Source: an uncultured Candidatus Saccharibacteria bacterium
GTDB lineage: Bacteria > Patescibacteriota > Saccharimonadia > Saccharimonadales > EFPC-124
Length of the DNA: 64,000 nt
NCBI GenBank assembly: GCA_964405095.1
Contig: CAYOML010000001.1
Span: 23,311 to 87,310, forward strand
Direction: 5' to 3'
Positions 60,622 through 64,000 of the stretch are shown here, piece after piece. The position numbers were made by a program, and so were the translations under genes. The notes beneath the pieces were generated by a model. The model was not told the origin of the DNA. It worked only from the letters and a program-made list of their open reading frames with translations, and ran no database searches. How positions within the stretch are numbered: the first letter of the stretch is position 1; every line of letters begins with the position of its first letter.

Positions 60622-61314
60622 ATGCCTGACGACACCGTTCGACTCAATAAATTTATTGCCTCACAGCTTAGCCTCGGCCGACGCGCGGCTGACGATTTAA
60701 TTGCAGTCGGTAAAGTTACAATCAACAATGACGTCGCCAAGCTAGGTGCACGTGTGCATAGCGGTGATGTCGTTAGTGTTAACGGTAAAGCCCTCAACCA
60801 TGCGTCACAGGGCTTTTTGTACGTGCTGATGGACAAACCAACAGGCTACGTATGCAGTCGTCGCCAGCAGGGCGATGTGCCAACCATCTATAGTCTCTTG
60901 CCGCCAGAGTACCAACACCTTAAAACTGTTGGCCGACTCGATAAAGACTCATCGGGGCTTATTTTACTAACTAACGACGGCGATTTAGCCCATCGTTTAA
61001 CCCACCCAAGCTTTATTAAAATCAAAATATACGAGGTAACACTAGATAAGCCGCTCGAGCCGCTTCATCATCAAATGATCAATGATCACGGTGTCGAACT
61101 GCCAGATGGCAACAGTAAACTAAGTCTGGAACGCCAGACAGAAGGCGACGATACTTCTTGGATTGTTACCATGCACCAAGGCAGAAACCGCCAGATCAGA
61201 CGTACATTTGCCGCCCTCGGCTATCTTGTCACAAAACTGCGTCGCACTCAGTTCGGTGTATATAAAATCTCGGACCTTCGTAACCAACAGTTTGCAACCA
61301 CGACTAAGAGCTAA
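60622..61314 (+). CDS. rRNA pseudouridine synthase (RsuA/RluB family)
   Basis: S4 domain, KPTGYV, GRLDKDSSGL.LLTNDG, GRNRQIRR. Confidence 0.95.
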   Translation: MPDDTVRLNKFIASQLSLGRRAADDLIAVGKVTINNDVAKLGARVHSGDVVSVNGKALNHASQGFLYVLMDKPTGYVCSRRQQGDVPTIYSLLPPEYQHLKTVGRLDKDSSGLILLTNDGDLAHRLTHPSFIKIKIYEVTLDKPLEPLHHQMINDHGVELPDGNSKLSLERQTEGDDTSWIVTMHQGRNRQIRRTFAALGYLVTKLRRTQFGVYKISDLRNQQFATTTKS

Positions 61315-61376
61315 TTAGGCCTGCATAAATGGCCTCTGGGCCACATCTGGTCATCTTAATGGTATAATCCAAACTG

Positions 61377-62708
61377 ATGAACAAAAAACTCCAAACAGTG
61401 GCCATTGTAGGCCAGACCAATGTTGGCAAGTCCAGCCTGTTTAACCGACTGGTCGGCTCGCAACAGGCGATTGTGGCCCGCGAGGCCGGCACCACCCGCG
61501 ACAGAGTAGTAGGCAAGGTAGTTTTTGGCGACCATACTTTTTGGTTAGTCGATACTGCGGGGCTAAAAGACCCAGCTGACGAATTCGAGGCGACCATACA
61601 AGAACAAATTGATGATGCCACGGCCTCTGCCGATGTAATATTAGTAGTTAGCGACGCCACCACAATTATTACCGAAGACGACCGTACAGTCGCTAAAAAA
61701 GCCCTGAAATCACGTAAACCTGTTCTATTAGTCCTTAATAAGACCGACAAAGGCGAGGCTTTGCCTAACGAAGACTTTCTGCGCCTGGGCATCAAAAATA
61801 TCTACCGCACGAGTGCTGAACACGGCAGTGGCGTCCACGAACTATTAGAAGCGATTACTGGCCACTTACCACCCGCAAAGGATTTGCCTGATGACAATAC
61901 TCTGCGTATAGCCCTGATCGGTCGGCCGAATGTCGGCAAATCTTATCTGTTAAACACGCTAGCTGGCAAACAGGAAGCAATTGTGGCTGATGTTGCCGGC
62001 ACAACGCGGGACATTAACCGTGTGCGTACCCGTTTCCACCAGCGCGATGTAGAATTACTCGATACGGCCGGTATCCGCCGCAGTGGCAAAGTCGAAGTTG
62101 GCGTCGAAAAGTTTAGCGTGCTTCGTAGCCTAAGCGCCATTGAAGAAGCCGATGTTTGTCTGTTGCTTATGGACGTAAACGAACTTGGCGTGGCTCTCGA
62201 CCAAAAGCTAGCCGGTATCATAAAAGAAGCTGGCAAAGGCCTAGTACTGGTGGTCAGTAAATGGGACAGCCTTGAAGATAAAACACCTTTTAGTCGCGAC
62301 GAGCTTGCCAAAAAAATCATCAGCGACTTTCAGCACACACCCTGGGCGCCACTCATCTTTACCAGTGCTATAACCGGGCAAAATGTTTCTAAATTATTCG
62401 AGCTTGCCACCGAAATCGATACCCGTCGCAATCAGCAGTTGAGAACTGTTGAGCTCAATAAGATTCTGCAAGAAACTGTTGCCAGCCATCCGCCTGCTGG
62501 CTTGAAAAACACACATCCGCGATTGCGTTATATGGTGCAAACCGATGTCAAACCACCTTGGTTTGTTATTTTTGGTAGCCACCTGCGCTTTTTGCACTGG
62601 AGCTACAAACGCCACCTGGAACACGTCATGCGCGATCATTACGATTTTACTGGTACGCCTATCAAGTTTAGTTTCCGCGAGGAAAAAGATAAGCAAGAGA
62701 AAGATTAG
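61377..62708 (+). CDS. der: Ribosome biogenesis GTPase Der
   Basis: Two G domains (GQTNVGKS, GRPNVGKS; DTAG twice) plus KH domain. Confidence 0.98.
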   Translation: MNKKLQTVAIVGQTNVGKSSLFNRLVGSQQAIVAREAGTTRDRVVGKVVFGDHTFWLVDTAGLKDPADEFEATIQEQIDDATASADVILVVSDATTIITEDDRTVAKKALKSRKPVLLVLNKTDKGEALPNEDFLRLGIKNIYRTSAEHGSGVHELLEAITGHLPPAKDLPDDNTLRIALIGRPNVGKSYLLNTLAGKQEAIVADVAGTTRDINRVRTRFHQRDVELLDTAGIRRSGKVEVGVEKFSVLRSLSAIEEADVCLLLMDVNELGVALDQKLAGIIKEAGKGLVLVVSKWDSLEDKTPFSRDELAKKIISDFQHTPWAPLIFTSAITGQNVSKLFELATEIDTRRNQQLRTVELNKILQETVASHPPAGLKNTHPRLRYMVQTDVKPPWFVIFGSHLRFLHWSYKRHLEHVMRDHYDFTGTPIKFSFREEKDKQEKD

Positions 62709-63199
62709 CGCTGGTTGCCAGCACCGACCAAATGTTTAGTAAGCAGCAATGCATCAGGCTGCGGACCAAGCCTGGCACTTCCAGATATCTCGCTTGGACC
62801 AGCCGATGTGATTGGAAAATGCTCGATGGCTAATAAGCCGAGTCGGTGAAAAACAATTTCCACAGCTTGTCTATCAGCACCAAGAACTATCTCTGAGCCA
62901 TCTGGGAACTTTAGATTGCCGTTCTCGTCGAGCTCAGGCCCTTCTTTGTCTACCCATACTACTTGGCGCTGTGCAAACTGTGTCTCGCCCGAAGCCGCCA
63001 GCGGGTCATAATGCTCGGCAGCGCTTATGGCCAACCGGCCTCTGCCCTTGAAAGAGGCAAAACCGGCATCGCCCTCAACATGCGCGTATGAACCATCTAC
63101 AAAACTTAAGCCCTGTGGACCACACCGACGCGGTATTTTCTGATCCCAAACAACAAAAAGGCCATTCTCCAACTGGTGCGAATGAGACAGATCAGGCAT
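62705..63199 (-). CDS. Hypothetical protein
   Basis: 164-aa ORF with AAGGA upstream. Confidence 0.5.
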   Translation of the reverse strand: MPDLSHSHQLENGLFVVWDQKIPRRCGPQGLSFVDGSYAHVEGDAGFASFKGRGRLAISAAEHYDPLAASGETQFAQRQVVWVDKEGPELDENGNLKFPDGSEIVLGADRQAVEIVFHRLGLLAIEHFPITSAGPSEISGSARLGPQPDALLLTKHLVGAGNQR

Positions 63200-63379
63200 C
63201 CAAATCCTTGTTTATTTCTGAGTAATAAATGAGAAAACAAAGCCATCGTAATGCAAACGCCAGCGAGAGTCAAACGGCATCCAGGCAGTTAGGGAGGAAA
63301 GTGTGGATCAGGTAAAGTGCTTTTCAATAACTAGCTTATATGCTAGAATCATTGCATAGTATAAGGTTAAGGAGTCCCA

Positions 63380-63616
63380 ATGGCATCTCCATCAGGTTCT
63401 GAGGTTTTAAGAATTGATCCAATCCGACTTGAGGACGGCACTTTTGCTCCCGGCTATAGAATTCCTGATGGTGGGAGCGTGCATTTCGAGCAAGCACCAG
63501 GATATCGTCATCCTGCTAGTAACATAGCAAAATTGGCGATACTTGAATCAGGTGCACTTGCTGATTGTGATGTAGTGGTAATCGCTGAACCGCCCGATCT
63601 GTTGCTGCCCACATAA
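63380..63616 (+). CDS. Small hypothetical protein
   Basis: TAAGGAG SD, upstream TAGAAT box, 3' hairpin. Confidence 0.55.
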   Translation: MASPSGSEVLRIDPIRLEDGTFAPGYRIPDGGSVHFEQAPGYRHPASNIAKLAILESGALADCDVVVIAEPPDLLLPT

Positions 63617-63677
63617 CGAAGTGTTAGTGCCAGATCGGGCGGTTGTCTGGTCAGGCATTTACTGCCATACTACTGGT

Positions 63678-64000
63678 GTGAAACTTATCGTTGGTCTTGG
63701 CAATATCGGTCCAAACTATGAAGGTACGCGGCATAATGTTGGTTTTATGGCAGTCGAAGCCCTGGCAAGTAAATTTGAGCTGCCTTGGCAAACCAAAGAT
63801 AAATTTAAGGCAAGTATAGCCGAAGGTACATTGCACAACCAAAAGGTGCTACTTGCCAAACCAACAACTTATTACAATTTATCGGGCGAAGTAGCACAGG
63901 CCATACAACACTTCTACAAGCTAGGAAACGACGATATCCTAGTCATCCACGACGAACTGGCCCTACCACTCGGCACTGTTCGCGCTCGGATCGGTGGGTC
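63678..64000 (+). CDS. pth: Peptidyl-tRNA hydrolase (5' part, runs off window)
   Basis: GTG start; KLIVGLGN.G..Y..TRHNVGF, KPTTY.NLSG, HDEL. Confidence 0.96.
   Translation, partial: MKLIVGLGNIGPNYEGTRHNVGFMAVEALASKFELPWQTKDKFKASIAEGTLHNQKVLLAKPTTYYNLSGEVAQAIQHFYKLGNDDILVIHDELALPLGTVRARIGG

Noticed and set aside
63294-63302. RNase P RNA start (GAGGAAAGT)
   Set aside because: It is not followed by CC, has no matching 3' AGCTTA/ACAGAA pairing context, and the gap is too short.

Overview
This is a bacterial chromosomal segment whose gene content and promoter style point to a Patescibacteria (CPR) genome, most likely Saccharimonadia/TM7 (inference). It uses genetic code 11, and many genes appear leaderless, with a -10 box 5-10 nt before the start codon. 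Housekeeping content includes the complete atpBEFHAGDC operon, smpB, pyrH, xth, gltX, der, a partial pth, a UvrD/PD-(D/E)xK helicase-nuclease, two two-component systems, a sortase and three tRNAs (Gln-TTG, Leu-CAA, Glu-CTC). Four things stand out. (1) A ~9.5 kb cluster at 4.3-13.8 kb next to tRNA-Gln looks like small-molecule biosynthesis: a nucleoside kinase, a divergent ArgRS, an SHMT-like (threonine-transaldolase-like) enzyme, a class I/II PLP enzyme, a stand-alone GTP cyclohydrolase II, a clear N2-(2-carboxyethyl)arginine synthase homologue, an APH-fold kinase and a HAD phosphatase. (2) A ~140-155 nt structured intergenic element occurs in three dispersed copies, with a conserved GC-rich core, covarying stems and copy-specific terminal inverted repeats. 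(3) An NYN RNase gene has a promoter- and terminator-bounded antisense sRNA over its 3' end. (4) Several GC-rich mini-genes follow a promoter-SD-tiny ORF-hairpin layout. All family assignments come from motifs recognised by eye; no searches were run.
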